A stretch of DNA of 64,000 nucleotides from Octopus bimaculoides (GCF_001194135.2 NC_068982.1:8440210-8504209), one strand, 5' to 3'. Positions 28,546 to 42,964 are shown, numbered from the stretch's first letter. Numbers and translations are program-made. Notes: a model not told the origin generated them from the letters alone.

Positions 28546-28967
28546 TCTCTTTACTCTTTTACTCTTTTACACAGTCATTTGACTGCGGCCATGCTGGAGC
28601 ACCGCCTTTAGTCGAGCAAATCGAACCCAGGACTTATTCTTTGTAAGTCTAGTACTTATTCTACTTGCCGAACCGGTAAATCACGGGGACGTAAACACAC
28701 CAGCATAGGTTGTCAAGCGATGTTAGGGGTACAAACACAGACACACAAACGTATACACGCACACACACACACACACACACACATACATATATATACATAT
28801 ATACGACGGGCTTCTTTCAGTTTCCGTCTACAAAATCCACTCACAAGGCTTTGGTCGGCCCGAGGCTATAGTAGAAGACACTTGCCCAAGGTGCCAGGCA
28901 ATGGGACTGAACCCGGAACCATGTGGTTGGTAAGCAAGCTACTTACCACACAGCCTCTTCTACGCCT
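28546..28967 (-). mobile_element. SINE family C, full length
   Basis: Well-preserved reverse-complement copy with B box GGGTTCAGTCCC and (AAAAGAGT)n tail. Confidence 0.92.
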
Positions 28968-31236
28968 GGTACTTTTTGGTGTTTTTGTATTTTCTATTTC
29001 ATTGACGTGCCTGCGCATATATGTTCTTTTATTTGTACGTGAAGTTTCTGGTGGTGCTCCCAATGTAGCTTGTCACATATATACTGTAGATTACTTCATA
29101 TATTACACACACACACACAGACACACGCACACGTATATCTTAAATAAAATGTGACAATGTAATGTCATGAATACAAATCTACAATAGTTTCTGAGGAAAA
29201 TTAATACTGTGTTTCTCATTTAATATATATGTGAAGAATATTACGCTGTCTACTCGGTAGTTATGTCCAGGAGAATAATTGTTTATATTCTAGTCACTGC
29301 CACACAAAATATGGCGGAGAAATTTTGATTTGTGAGAGAATCTACAGCATCGTGATTATAATTTTAAAAAGACGCTTCTGAAAATAAAAAGGAACAAAAA
29401 AAAAACAAACAAACAAACAATAAAAACAAGACAAACTAAAAAGCGAGAGTATGAATCGAGTTTTCTTTCTATAAAAAAAAGCATAGATTTTGAAAGTTGG
29501 TTAACAGAGGAACTACGAAAATTCCTATAACGTTTTGCCTGCTTCTGACCGAACGAAAGTGAAATGCCTACCTGTAATTTAGCGGGCGTTAACTTACCTG
29601 CTGTGAAGTCAAGTTTGAGTAGCGCAGATAAAATACTTCGTGAAATCACAAAGTTACTATAAGTAACACTTTCTTTTGTTTTATATTATCTACTGACTAC
29701 AAACGAATGTTATATACTAAATCTTTTTAATTGCTTACGTTTATTATCCAATTCCACATGCTTTTATTACATCATCTAATGCTATGTGTCCACATAAAAC
29801 TTGGCAGCTTAAAAGAAATGCTTTCTTCGGATACCATTCGGTTAAAGCACACGTAAACAAATTGTGGTTTTCTCTCTCTATATATATACATCATTCTCTA
29901 TATATATACATCATTAAAATTTATTGAAAATACCAGCTCCTTTATATTTTATTAGCATTAGGAAAAAATATTCCATAATCACCACCCATACTACTACTTA
30001 TGCATATAAATATTTTGTATTACTAATAATAGTAATTATAAATTGGAAATGTAATTGCATATTTTAATTAAGAATTGTTGACTAATTAATAACTAGTACC
30101 AAATCATTTCATTTATAGCTGAAGCTTATGTCTGTAAATTGATCTCTATACTATGTTGAAAAGTTATCTTATTTCGAAATAACATTTCTTGTAATGGTCA
30201 ACAAATGTATTTGAATGAATTTTAAAAGTTGTTATCTATGTTCGAAAGTGTCCACGTTCTCTGTTAGTGTTCCCCTACTCTGTATAGAACGGACTCGGTA
30301 TAAATGAAGAATATTTTATGAGATTTCGTTTACAGACGACTCCTAATTAATAATCTGTAACAGGGCAGGAAATACCCGTTGCCAAGTATCTCAATAGAAT
30401 TTTGTCAAGAAATGTTTGTTCAATGTGTAGCTGTATCGACAGATAACAAATCACAGAGGGAAACAAGGAGAATTTATGTAACTGGACACACAATTATCGT
30501 ATGTCATAAAATCATTAACGTTTATGCATATCAATTTAAACAATACATCATGTATATTTGCTTGATACCATGTCTGATTATATGTATTGCCCCAAAGATC
30601 CCAGCTAATATGTACTTGTAGACAAGTTAACAGGATCAAATATGGAATTTAATTAATAATTTATCCTCTTGCTATATTTCCGTTACCGTTATTTCTAAGA
30701 CAAATTCGTACAAAAACTGTTATGTATTACTTAGGTTTTGGAGATGTTTAACCCCAGGACAGTTAATATGGAAAAGAACTATCGTCAGACGCGTTCCAGT
30801 AGTGACTATCCTGTAATTTCTTTTGAAACCCATGACCATGGACTTTAACATCCGATTCATTTTTCGTTTCTTAAAAATTTTACGGTGAACAGAGCAGTTA
30901 GAAAAAAGAGATTTAAATCTGAAAAGATACACGGAGAATTTAACGTCAAAAGATAAAAGATTACACGGAAACAGGAAAAAAAAGGGATATAAATATATGG
31001 TAATTGAAGGCAATAAATTGTGTAAATACTTAAACAGCAAGCCATTTATCAGACACAACAAACACAACATGAGGGAGACCCCTAGAATGCATTTAGTAGT
31101 GTTTGATGACAAACTTTGACGTGTAGCGTGTGCAATACGTTAACGAGTTAAGAGACAGTTAATATATATATCTACATGCATGCGTACATACATACACACG
31201 CATATTCACATAGAGAGAGAGAGAGAGACACACACA

Positions 31237-31280
<44 letters not shown>

Positions 31281-31739
31281 GTGCGCGCGCGTGAAATTTG
31301 ACTGGCGACTCTTGGTTCCGCAATCTACGGTTGCTTTCAGGATAAGAGGCGGAGAGAGGGTTTGCTAAGAAATAGAAGTAAGGGAGAAATTTCCGTCAAG
31401 TGGAGAGAACCGTTCAGAGCTTTCTTTTCTTTGCTTCATTATTACGTGGTGTCTTTTCCTATGAATGGAAGAACAAATGGAAGAATATTTTCATATAATT
31501 CATTCTTATTCACGTTTTCGAAGTCCCAGTAGCTGCAGATAACGCTATTTCGTTCTTATTGGAACTTTTCAATACAACGCAACTTGGGATCATGAAACGA
31601 GACTTCTATGTCCATTTAAAACCTTTAAGAATTATATAAACAGACTCCAAACAGACTGGTGTTCATTTGCGTGGGTATAATTTGCATTATTTAGTAAAAT
31701 TGACAAACTGAGCTCAGTAAACATACAATGGGGAGTGGA

Positions 31740-32880
<1,141 letters not shown>

Positions 32881-32884
32881 GGTT

Positions 32885-33100
32885 AATCCTATTTCCCATT
32901 GCAACTCTCTAACCCCCAATACACTGCAATCTTTCTGGCAGCTCCTCCCTTCGCCTTCGAAAAAGATAGGAACCTTAAAAACTTCCTATCAAACACTACC
33001 ACAGCGCTTAGGCACACAAAACTTAGCACTTTGAAGTGTACTCGCCAACAACAAAAATAAAACCGACCCTTACATCAAGAACATTGCAGCTATCACTGTC
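32885..33100 (+). mobile_element. Inverted Penelope-like fragment abutting the 5'-truncated copy
   Basis: Plus frames ..PLLAF/EKDRNLKTSYQTLPQRLGT..KCTR resemble the PLE linker before GIY-YIG (PLxAFRRDRNLxDxL..C). Confidence 0.5.
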
Positions 33101-33546
33101 ATCTTTCTCGAATGTGATTTTTCTCTAACTACCATATATTATATCTCCCGGTATTTCTACATCTCCTTTATTCATTCCATCTTGTGTTTTTATAAAATAA
33201 CCTCGGACATGGAATTTTTGTTTCTAGATTATTTTGTTTTTCATCCGTAACACTGTATTAAATTTGGTTAAGAGTCTTTTCAAAAAGAAAATATACCAAA
33301 ACAGTAAACGTTGGCGTTTTATATAGATTATCCAATTAAATATTGTCTGGTTATCTCGAGTGTCCACAACTTGTATTTTAAACTCAAAGAAATGTTCAAA
33401 TTATGCTAACTAAAAACATCAATAGTTATAAATAGATTATTTTCTAGCATCAATAAATATTACACAAACTAGTAATGCATGTATATATCTCTGCCTGTCT
33501 ATCTATCTATCTAGCTGTCTGTCTGTGTATTATGTATGTATGTACG

Positions 33547-33623
<77 letters not shown>

Positions 33624-34311
33624 CTATATATACACATATATACACGTATATCATCACCTGTGTTGCATAATAAATCTATACAAACTGTTCGAAGGCATGA
33701 TGCTGCAGGCTAGTCTGAGATATAATCTCCTCGTGGACTTATTATATTAAACACATAAAATATGTATATCGTAGCGAGTCGAACGTCAGAATTTATCAAC
33801 AACTCGCGCTCTTGCCCAATGTCCATTAATGGTTTAATCACCTGGACAAAATATAAAAACAGAAAGGAAAAAAACGACCATCCCGAAATACAGCAATAGG
33901 TTTATTCACTGATTCCTGTATGTCAAGGCACGTATGTCATTTAAGCAGCTGTGAATCAGGAGGAAATCATTGCCAAAGCTGCAGAAAGGCAACACGCGCC
34001 TTTCGTTCTCCATAGTCAGTGCAGTAACGATGTTTGTCTTTCTCATCTCCTCTACTATTTTGTGTTTTAACACTAGTCGAAGAAAATATTTTATTTCGAT
34101 GGTGTGGTACACAGGGGGTAATATTAATACCGTTTCAGTTGCATACACCGAGTTTTATGTGAACACACACACACACACACACCCACACATACCCACACAC
34201 GCACATTCATGTATACATATGTACACACGTTATTTACATAAGTTATTATTTCATTCTAAGAGATTAAAAAGAAAGCCAGTTTCCTAAACAACGCTTGAAA
34301 TAAGAGTATTG

Positions 34312-34585
34312 TAGTTCGCTTGAAGCATTGTGTATTGTTTGTAAAATATAACGTGTCCTGAATGGCACAACAATGCAGAGTGCACTATAACAATTGTTTA
34401 ATAATGATATTTCGGAATACAAAAATTCCTTCTTCAGATATCGTTAGGAACCGTTGGAAAACCTGAAGAAGGAATATTTGTATTCCGAAATATTATTATT
34501 ATATCAGACTATGGTTAATTAAATTCTAACAGTTATTATAGTCCACTTTGCATTGTTGTGCCATTGAAGAAATGTCATATTTTAC
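34312..34585. mobile_element. Fold-back mini-element made only of Penelope pLTR ends
   Basis: Arms ATATTTCGGAATACAAAAATTCCTTCTTCAG and CTGAAGAAGGAATATTTGTATTCCGAAATAT (1 mismatch in 31), extended by further inverted homology; both arms match 49270-49419. Confidence 0.85.
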
Positions 34586-34939
34586 CTGAAATAACTTTTT
34601 TTTCTTCCGCCGAAAAACTACGCATCAGTTACTAGTAAAAGTTTTGTCTCGTACCTTGTTCTGACTCTCAACTCGACATTAGTTCCACACACATCATTCT
34701 ACTCAAAAAATTGTTCAGACGAAATGTTGAAAAACAATGACGTTTCAATAAACAGTTCGGTTCTCTTTTTACCATTTCTTTGTTTTACAGGGTATCGAAG
34801 ACAGAATAAAAAGTTCAAAACAGAAACAATTATTTTCACAATTTGTTCAAAAATCTAATTACAACTTTTCAGTTCAATTAATTTAAGGAAATTAATGGGA
34901 TTTTTTTCAAGAATGCTACTTTCTCATACTGAGATGTAA

Positions 34940-35065
34940 CAAAAAATAAATAAATGAAATAAATAAATAAATAAAATAAAATAATAGATAAAATAAAATA
35001 AATAAATAAATAAAATAAAATAAATAAAATAAAAAATAAAATAAAATAAAATAAAATAAATAAAA
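34940..35065. repeat. (AAAT/AAAAT)n low-complexity repeat
   Basis: Direct reading. Confidence 0.9.
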
Positions 35066-36149
35066 TTCTAGGATGCCAGAATTAGTAACTATTATTTGCT
35101 TTTGTGAAGTTTCATTGTGATGGATGAAATTTATAAACACATTGTGTTGATATGAAAGGTCGCTACTACTTAATTTCCTCACCACTTAAGTAACGCTGTT
35201 GCTCATCCAATCAGAACCTTCACTCTCTGAATCACTTTCGTAAAAAATGGTTCGTTGGTTATATGACCCAAGGCCAAACGTTTATATAGAAAGGTCAAAA
35301 TCTTTTGTTTACAGGACATGACGTGCTAACCTTTAGTGCGTTTAGAGGCCTGAAAGGCCAAGTCAGCCTCGAAGGAATTGTAACACAGAACACAAAGCAA
35401 GAGAATTAAGATGAAAGGCATTTCTTTCGGAATATAACTACTCGATTCAGAAACGCTTCTACCTTCGCAGATGTAAATGATAACTTTAAAGTCTGGCAAG
35501 ATTTTTTACTTTTAATTTGATATCCAGAATCCAGCTTTTATTTAGTCAAATGTTTCTAACGTTTGTTTATTCATATAGCGATTATTTACACAAAAGTTAA
35601 ACTCTATTTTGATTAAACACACGTACACATGCAATAGATTTTCAATTAAATGTACTAGTAAGTTAAAATAGATATATTGGTTCATATTCGGTTTCAGTGG
35701 ATAGCAGATACAAACATGTGTTGATTAGGATTTCATTCAGCATGTTATTCCAACGATAGGACTTCTAGATAGTTATTAAACCAGATATGTATAACAGTCA
35801 CATTTCTTCCCCATTCACATGTCTACCTACTGGGAAAACGAGCGGACAAAATTGACAGAGTAGTTTTAGAAACTCTTAAACAACTAGAATAGTCAATTGT
35901 CTGCTCAGTCAGGGTTTTTGAGCGGCTAACAAAAAAAGAAGCATAAAACCAATAAAAGAACAACAGCTGTGATTAGTAGATGACAACTATTGAGGGAGTT
36001 ACTTCTGAAATAATTTGTTATTATAAGGGATACATTCTGAAATCTGCAGAAAGTGATGACGATGTCCGTCGACAAAAATGTTTACAAGAACCAATATAGC
36101 TTTAAGTGCCACTAAGTTGTCTTGCGGTGTAGATAAATCGGGGTTTTGG

Positions 36150-36960
36150 GTAAACGTCATTCGATGACCATTGGTCTAGAAATGGAGGGTAGAAGTGAAA
36201 CCAAATAAAGAATTATGTTAAGTGGAAGGGACAGGAAGTAAATAGGGGTTAAATGCAGTAACTGAGATGCATTAATAAGGGGTTAGCTGTGATAGAAGGG
36301 CAGAGGAAAGGTGATTGTTGTGAGAAATTGTTAGAGGGATAGGCAGTGCTATTAGCAGTGAGAGAGGGAGTTGATTAGTGTGAAAGGACGTTGGAGGAAG
36401 AGAAAGAGGCTCGTTATTAGTGTTGTGTGAACCAATTAACATGAATTAGAGAGCACAAGTGCACACACTTGATAGAGATAACAGATCACTGAGTGGACGA
36501 AAATGGCATTAATGGCCTTGATTTGCCCTGAAAATAAATTAGAGGAATTCAAGATGCTTGTTTATAGCTACAGAGATCGTGGGTTCAAGCTGCTTGTAGA
36601 GTTGGCGTTATGGTATGAGTGATCAAGGGAAAGTTGAGATGCCGATTTAAAAATTTGAGGATGTCAACTATGTTTCAAGATACTCATATTATATTTTCGG
36701 AAACAAGAGATCTTAACATAGAGAGCGAAAAGTCTTTCAAATGTATAAGGCACTACACTGTCAGTATGAAATGCACTAAAGCATACTGGCAGTGAAGCAG
36801 TAGAGATGGAAGGAATTCTGTACAGTACGTCGATGTTTGGTACTGGAAATGAAGAGACTAGTGCTGTGACGAGGCCAAGAGTAGTTGAAATTTTCATGTT
36901 GGGTGCCGCAGGGAGTAAAATAACTGCTGAATAGAAAGCTGGCAATGTTGTCTCTCACAA
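36150..36960 (-). mobile_element. Possible highly decayed CR1/L2-type LINE remnant
   Basis: Purine-skewed, GC-elevated block; minus frame SLFISSTKHRRTVQNSFHLYCFTASML loosely resembles the ORF2 C-terminal RT..NSF..RT..LWN motif. Many stops. Confidence 0.3.
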
Positions 36961-38613
36961 GACATTTGAAAAAGATGAGTGAATAGATAATAATAGAAAA
37001 ATGGGAGTGTCGAACTATTAAGACAAAGCTTATCGTTGTTTCGGATCAACCTGCACGTATATAGATTAAACCAAACCAGCGTGTGTATCCTATCTTTTTT
37101 TCTGCATCCATAACTACATAGTATGTTTCATTTTGTCTTTAAAGTGGTGAGGTGGAATTTGATGGATTGCAACTACTATTTCTCGCAGGCCAAGTGCCTT
37201 CTTTCTGCAGATGAAGGCTTAGTTTTTTGCTTACACTCTATATCAATCCAGAGCCACTAGGCAATAAAGTTGAGAAGGGTTACAATATTAAGGTTACAAT
37301 TATGTTTCGAGGACTACATCATGCAATGAGTCCTTCCTATAGAAAAAGAAGGGTTTGATTCGAAGGAAATATTTGCTACTATTTTTGGCACGCCAAACTG
37401 CTTCAAAAATACTCCCTTATTAGAAGTTGTGGATAATGCTGTAATAAATCGACCGGGCAGCAATGAGTAGGTGAGAAGAGGAGCGAATATTTAGTTGATT
37501 TCAAAGAATTATGCGATCGAAGTATTAGGCTACATCACTGGGTTCAAGTTTGTAAATGCTAATACCAACCTGGTTAATATATTTATGATCAAAGTCTCTT
37601 TTGCGGTATCGATTCTAAAGCAGGCCACCAGCTGTGATCTACGAGTGAATGTTGATATAATTGATATTATAACGTATATCATGGAAGCATGCGATTGCAG
37701 AAGATTCTAGACATCATTATAATATTATTACTGTAGAATATTTTACCTTTTGTCAGTAACAAAAGCATTAAAGACATCCAATAATCAAAACATAGAAATA
37801 TTTTGTATATTTCATGCACACAATTTTAGCATTTTCTCGGGAGAATTTATATAACAATCAAAGAAATTTCACTTTTATTCAAAACTTTAGAATGACTTGC
37901 TAAAATGTATAAATATGTTAAAAAATACAATTATTTACATTCCTAATTTCATATGCTAAACGTAATATTATAAAACGAATATTGAAGTTTGCTTGTTCAT
38001 TCAAGTTTTATAAAATTATGGAAACATGAAAATCATTTACAATGTGAATGCATGCAATTACGTTCTCCAATCATTAGTAACATTGAAAATGATGCAAATA
38101 AATTACCTCAGAAGAAATATTATAAATTATTATGGGGTTTCGATAATAGAGATGAGTTCTCTACTGTTTCATTATTAAAAGGCTAACTACGTTCAATACG
38201 TTGCTGAAAGATATAACATAGATAAATAGACTTTCTGGTACGTCTGCATTGTAATAGCAAAAACACACATTCACACATACATACCATACATCTAAACAAA
38301 GACTTATATATATATATATATATATATATATNNNNNNNNNNNNNNNNNNNNNNNNNNNNNNNNNNNNNNNNNNNNNNNNNNNNNNNNNNNNNNNNNNNNN
38401 NNNNNNNNNNNNNNNNNNNNNNNNNNNNNNNNNNNNNNNNNNNNNNNNNNNNNNNNNNNNNNNNNNNNNNNNNNNNNNNNNNNNNNNNNNNNNNNNNNNN
38501 NNNNNNNNNNNNNNNNNNNNNNNNNNNNNNNNNNNNNNNNNNNNNNNNNNNNNNNNNNNNNNNNNNNNNNNNNNNNNNNNNNNNNNNNNNNNNNNNNNNN
38601 NNNNNNNNNNNNN

Positions 38614-38651
<38 letters not shown>

Positions 38652-38746
38652 CATACATGTATATATATATGTATAGAAATATTATTTCTAATAATAATAA
38701 TAATTGTAATAATAGTAATAATAATAATAGTAATAATAATAATAAT

Positions 38747-39003
38747 GATATAAACAGACAGAAAAATTGACTCCAATCGACCAGACATTGTGATGAAGGA
38801 CTACAACAGAGGAACTTGTCTGTTAATAGATGCGTCTGTCCCACAAGATCAAAATGTCTCAAGAAATGAATACGAAAAGTTTTCTCGCTATAAAAACCTG
38901 CAACTTGAAATCACGAAAATGTGGAAGATGACTACTACGATAATACCAGTAATAATTGGTGGGTTGTGAATGATAAAAAAGGGAGCTGAGACGTATATTA
39001 AGC
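38747..39003 (+). mobile_element. R4/Dong-type LINE fragment, restriction-like endonuclease
   Basis: Frame TDRKIDSNRPDIVMKDYNRGTCLLIDASVPQDQNVSRNEYEKFSRYKNL..IPVIIGGL, a PD-(D/E)xK RLE motif; preceded by (AAT)n. Confidence 0.9.
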
Positions 39004-39009
39004 AACGTC

Positions 39010-39204
39010 TGAATGCATACCCAGCTTTTGCTTTCCTCAGAATCAGTGTTAGTGGCATCAAGCACAGTACAAAGATCAGTGGGGACAGGCAGACCCTTTG
39101 GAAGATGCCCCTCCTAATTTCTACTGTTCCTAAACTTCTTCCGTATGCTGTCAGGTTCGTCCTCCAATTCGCCATACTTTTTCCAAGCAATCACTCAACA
39201 TTCG
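39010..39204 (-). mobile_element. R4/Dong-type LINE fragment, RT domain
   Basis: Frame MANWRTNL..GTVEIRRGIFQRVCLSPLIFVLCLMPLTLILRKAKAGYAF matches the non-LTR RT IFQGDSLSP region. Confidence 0.88.
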
Positions 39205-39980
39205 ATTATTATTATTATTATTATTTTATATTTGACTTTTGTTTTGCATTTGTACAAGTTGTCTCCAAGTGTCACCCAGAGACCTCAAGAGACAACAAGT
39301 TAGAAGTTCATGTAGGTGTTATGCCTAGGGTACCATATATTTGGATTTGTCCATAGTGTTGTTCTAGAGAATGTTTAAGAAACCATAAGAAAATTATGTG
39401 TTTGTTTTAAAATTTGAGATCACATAGACAGTATTTTACGTAGGNNNNNNNNNNNNNNNNNNNNNNNNNNNNNNNNNNNNNNNNNNNNNNNNNNNNNNNN
39501 NNNNNNNNNNNNNNNNNNNNNNNNNNNNNNNNNNNNNNNNNNNNNNNNNNNNNNNNNNNNNNNNNNNNNNNNNNNNNNNNNNNNNNNNNNNNNNNNNNNN
39601 NNNNNNNNNNNNNNNNNNNNNNNNNNNNNNNNNNNNNNNNNNNNNNNNNNNNNNNNNNNNNNNNNNNNNNNNNNNNNNNNNNNNNNNNNNNNNNNNNNNN
39701 NNNNNNNNNNNNNNNNNNNNNNNNNNNNNNNNNNNNNNNNNNNNNNNNNNNNNNNNNNNNNNNNNNNNNNNNNNNNNNNNTATATCGATTGGGACAGTCA
39801 TATCAATGAGGAGGCATGATCTTTGTCTGAAGTCTTTCAGTATAATGTCTGGCATATTTGCCTCTATCTTTCTGTCAGTTTGAATGGTGAAGTTCCAGAG
39901 GAGTGCGATGTGATCATTTTCAAGTACTGGGGGTGGTTTGTGTTCCCACCAGTTTTTATCATGGGGCAACTCCAGGTTTA
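39205..39980 (-). mobile_element. 5'-truncated R4/Dong-type LINE (RLE, gap, 3' UTR, (AAT)n tail)
   Basis: Frame KNWWEHKPPPVLENDHIALLWNFTIQTDRKIEANMPDIILKD..CLLIDMTVP; after the gap LRKILSM-stop, a UTR and an (AAT)n tail at about 39205-39225. Confidence 0.9.
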
Positions 39981-39998
39981 TTATTATTATTATCATTA

Positions 39999-40029
<31 letters not shown>

Positions 40030-40036
40030 TATTATT

Positions 40037-40071
<35 letters not shown>

Positions 40072-40098
40072 TATCATTATTATTATTATCATCATCAC
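39977..40098. repeat. (TTA/TCA)n microsatellite
   Basis: Direct reading. Confidence 0.95.
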
Positions 40099-40109
40099 TG
40101 GGGAATAAA

Positions 40110-40225
40110 CATTAACAGATTTCTGGATAGGAATAATTTGCCTGATGATTTGGCCCCTCGTTCCCCGGATATAAGCCCCTGGACATTTCTTCTGCGGCTA
40201 CACGAAAGATATTGTGTTCCGCACT
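40110..40225 (+). mobile_element. Small Tc1/mariner-superfamily transposase fragment
   Basis: Frameshifted ..APRSPDISP(L)D..GYTKDIVF resembles WPPRSPDLTPLDFFLWGYVKDIVY. Confidence 0.6.
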
Positions 40226-40311
40226 TTTACCGTTTTTGAAACCAGCGTATGAGTCCAACGGTTTTCTTATAAGCTGACAAGGTGAGTTGTGCTTAACCCT
40301 AGGCGCAGTAA

Positions 40312-40546
40312 GAGTCACCGATGAGAATTAGGATGCTCTACATCAAAATTCAAAATCGCCGGTGATCTGAGTATGTCCACTTAGGAATTTGTCTTTTTGT
40401 CAGTCATTAATTAAGATCGTGCTTCTGTGGCAATTGAGTTGTTTTGACTCCTATTTCTAGCAATGCTGATGCCACTTAGTACCCTCTGTCACGTTAGTGA
40501 CGTCTGTAACTTTGCCTTTAGTTTGTTAAATTGCTAATAAGCCACC
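40312..40546 (+). repeat. Unclassified dispersed repeat with degenerate hammerhead-like motif (homologous to 56866-57078)
   Basis: Shared blocks TTGTCAGTC, TATTTCTAGCAATGCTG, GTCAC(G/A)TTAGTGACGTCT, CTAATAAGCCACC in the same order and spacing. Confidence 0.7.
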
Positions 40547-41519
40547 TATATTATACATACATACATACATACATAAATACATACATACATACATAAATAG
40601 ATACACACACACGTACATACATACATACATACATACATACATTCATACATACATATACACATACACACACATACATACACGCATGTATTGTGTGTGTGTC
40701 CAACAAAACTTTTTTAAGGGTTCCATTCATGAAATTTGAATAGAATTACATAATAGTTTTGCTTTTCACAAATTTAATTTCGTCTTCTTTTGGTAGTAAA
40801 TATAATTTTCTACTATATCCCTCTCGGTTTGTTATTTGATTTTGGTTCGTTTTTCCAGCGGAAGGTTAGTTAGCAGTGACTACAAAATCACTTTCTCTTA
40901 TTTATAAGTCTTAAGATTCTATGATATAATTTGAGGGAGAAGGGGCATTAGTATTAACTGATTAAATAAAGATTAAAACAGCTACTCTTTAGCTACTTTT
41001 AGTAAAATTGGCAACTATAGGCTTTAAAAAGTACCAAAGATAAACATTTAAACAAATAAAAATGTCACACCGTAACAAAACGAAACAAAGCAATCCACGA
41101 TCTTTCGGCTGAAATAGATTTCCGACTTTCAATTACACATCCATGATATTGAAACACTAGCGACTATAGGTGCGACTCGAAACATGTCAAAAGGATTTCT
41201 CAAAAGCATGAATAAATCATTAAATATATGAAAGAAATGCATCTGATAATTACTTTCACTTTCGGTTTCAACGAAATTTCATTACGTGGTACCATCTTCA
41301 GCAGGATTTATATAATTCTACAATTCGAAGCAGGATGTTTTATCGGAAATAATGTACAACTAGCTATGATGAATGATAGTCGAATGCGATATCGAATCTA
41401 CAGGTAATGTGCTCAGCGCATTGAAAGACACGATATATTTTCGGCTCATTTCAGCATCATAAGATTTTTACATATCGAAAGCACTCGGCCATCATTAGAA
41501 ACTATCTAATCGTCAGATT

Positions 41520-41564
<45 letters not shown>

Positions 41565-42434
41565 CCTGTATGTATATATGTATGCGTTTATGTCTATATA
41601 TATATATATATANNNNNNNNNNNNNNNNNNNNNNNNNNNNNNNNNNNNNNNNNNNNNNNNNNNNNNNNNNNNNNNNNNNNNNNNNNNNNNNNNNNNNNNN
41701 NNNNNNNNNNNNNNNNNNNNNNNNNNNNNNNNNNNNNNNNNNNNNNNNNNNNNNNNNNNNNNNNNNNNNNNNNNNNNNNNNNNNNNNNNNNNNNNNNNNN
41801 NNNNNNNNNNNNNNNNNNNNNNNNNNNNNNNNNNNNNNNNNNNNNNNNNNNNNNNNNNNNNNNNNNNNNNNNNNNNNNNNNNNNNNNNNNNNNNNNNNNN
41901 NNNNNNNNNNNNNNNNNNNNNNNNNNNNNNNNNNNNNNNNNNNNNNNNNNNNNNNNNNNNNNNNNNNNNNNNNNNNNNNNNNNNNNNNNNNNNNNNNNNN
42001 NNNNNNNNNNNNNNNNNNNNNNNNNNNNNNNNNNNNNNNNNNNNNNNNNNNNNNNNNNNNNNNNNNNNNNNNNNNNNNNNNNNNNNNNNNNNNAACTACC
42101 AACAAAAATAATTGGTAAGCTAATTCAAAAAAAATTATCACCAAAATAGCAGAAAAAAAACGACAGTGAAGGTATGCAGACTCTTCAAGAATCGATCCTT
42201 TTGGTTATATTAATAATAATAAAGGAATTGTAACATTTTTTCGCCATGAACGGTTTGTGTTTTTAAACCGAATGTATTTTTTATGATGTTATATTTATTC
42301 TTGAGGATGTGTAAAGAAATTTTGATTTATTAAGTCTCTTAATGAATTCTTTATACTGATATATATATTGAAAAAGATAAATACGTTCATTTGAATATAT
42401 ACGTTTTTGCGTCGTAACTCCTTTATTATTATTA

Positions 42435-42523
<89 letters not shown>

Positions 42524-42964
42524 CGTATGCTTGTAGATATATATGTTTGTGTGTTAGGTCACTCCTAGTGTTACTGGTAATATGTGACCCAATATAACCT
42601 GCTTTATAGTCAGGCCGTCGTTGACTACCCAGGAACTCTACAAGCCTCTACAATCGAAAAATGGAAGACAGTAGAGTCAACGTTCAACCAAAAACTGGGA
42701 ATGAGGAGTCCTGTTCGTTGTTTGGACATTGCACCTGGAGAAGGTAATTTCGAAATAGCATCCGCTTCAGTATGATACCGACCATCATGCTCTTGCTTGT
42801 TCCTGGACTACAGGTTTGATAGGTGAGAGTCTAGTGGTGTTATGACAGCTGTAATATACAGCAAATTTCGAGAAGGACTTTGGAGACAACCATAGTGTTT
42901 AACATATAGAATAAGATAACTTGTCTGTGACGTTCATGCTAGTCTACGATTCGGCAGCCACCAT

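Noticed and set aside
30720-31112. 130-aa ORF with hydrophobic N-terminus
   Set aside because: TTG start, hydrophobicity explained by T-richness (intron-like polypyrimidine tract), no recognisable family.
42560-42930. GC-richer segment with a 63-aa ORF next to the RLE LINE
   Set aside because: No motif recognised; cannot be assigned to an element or gene.
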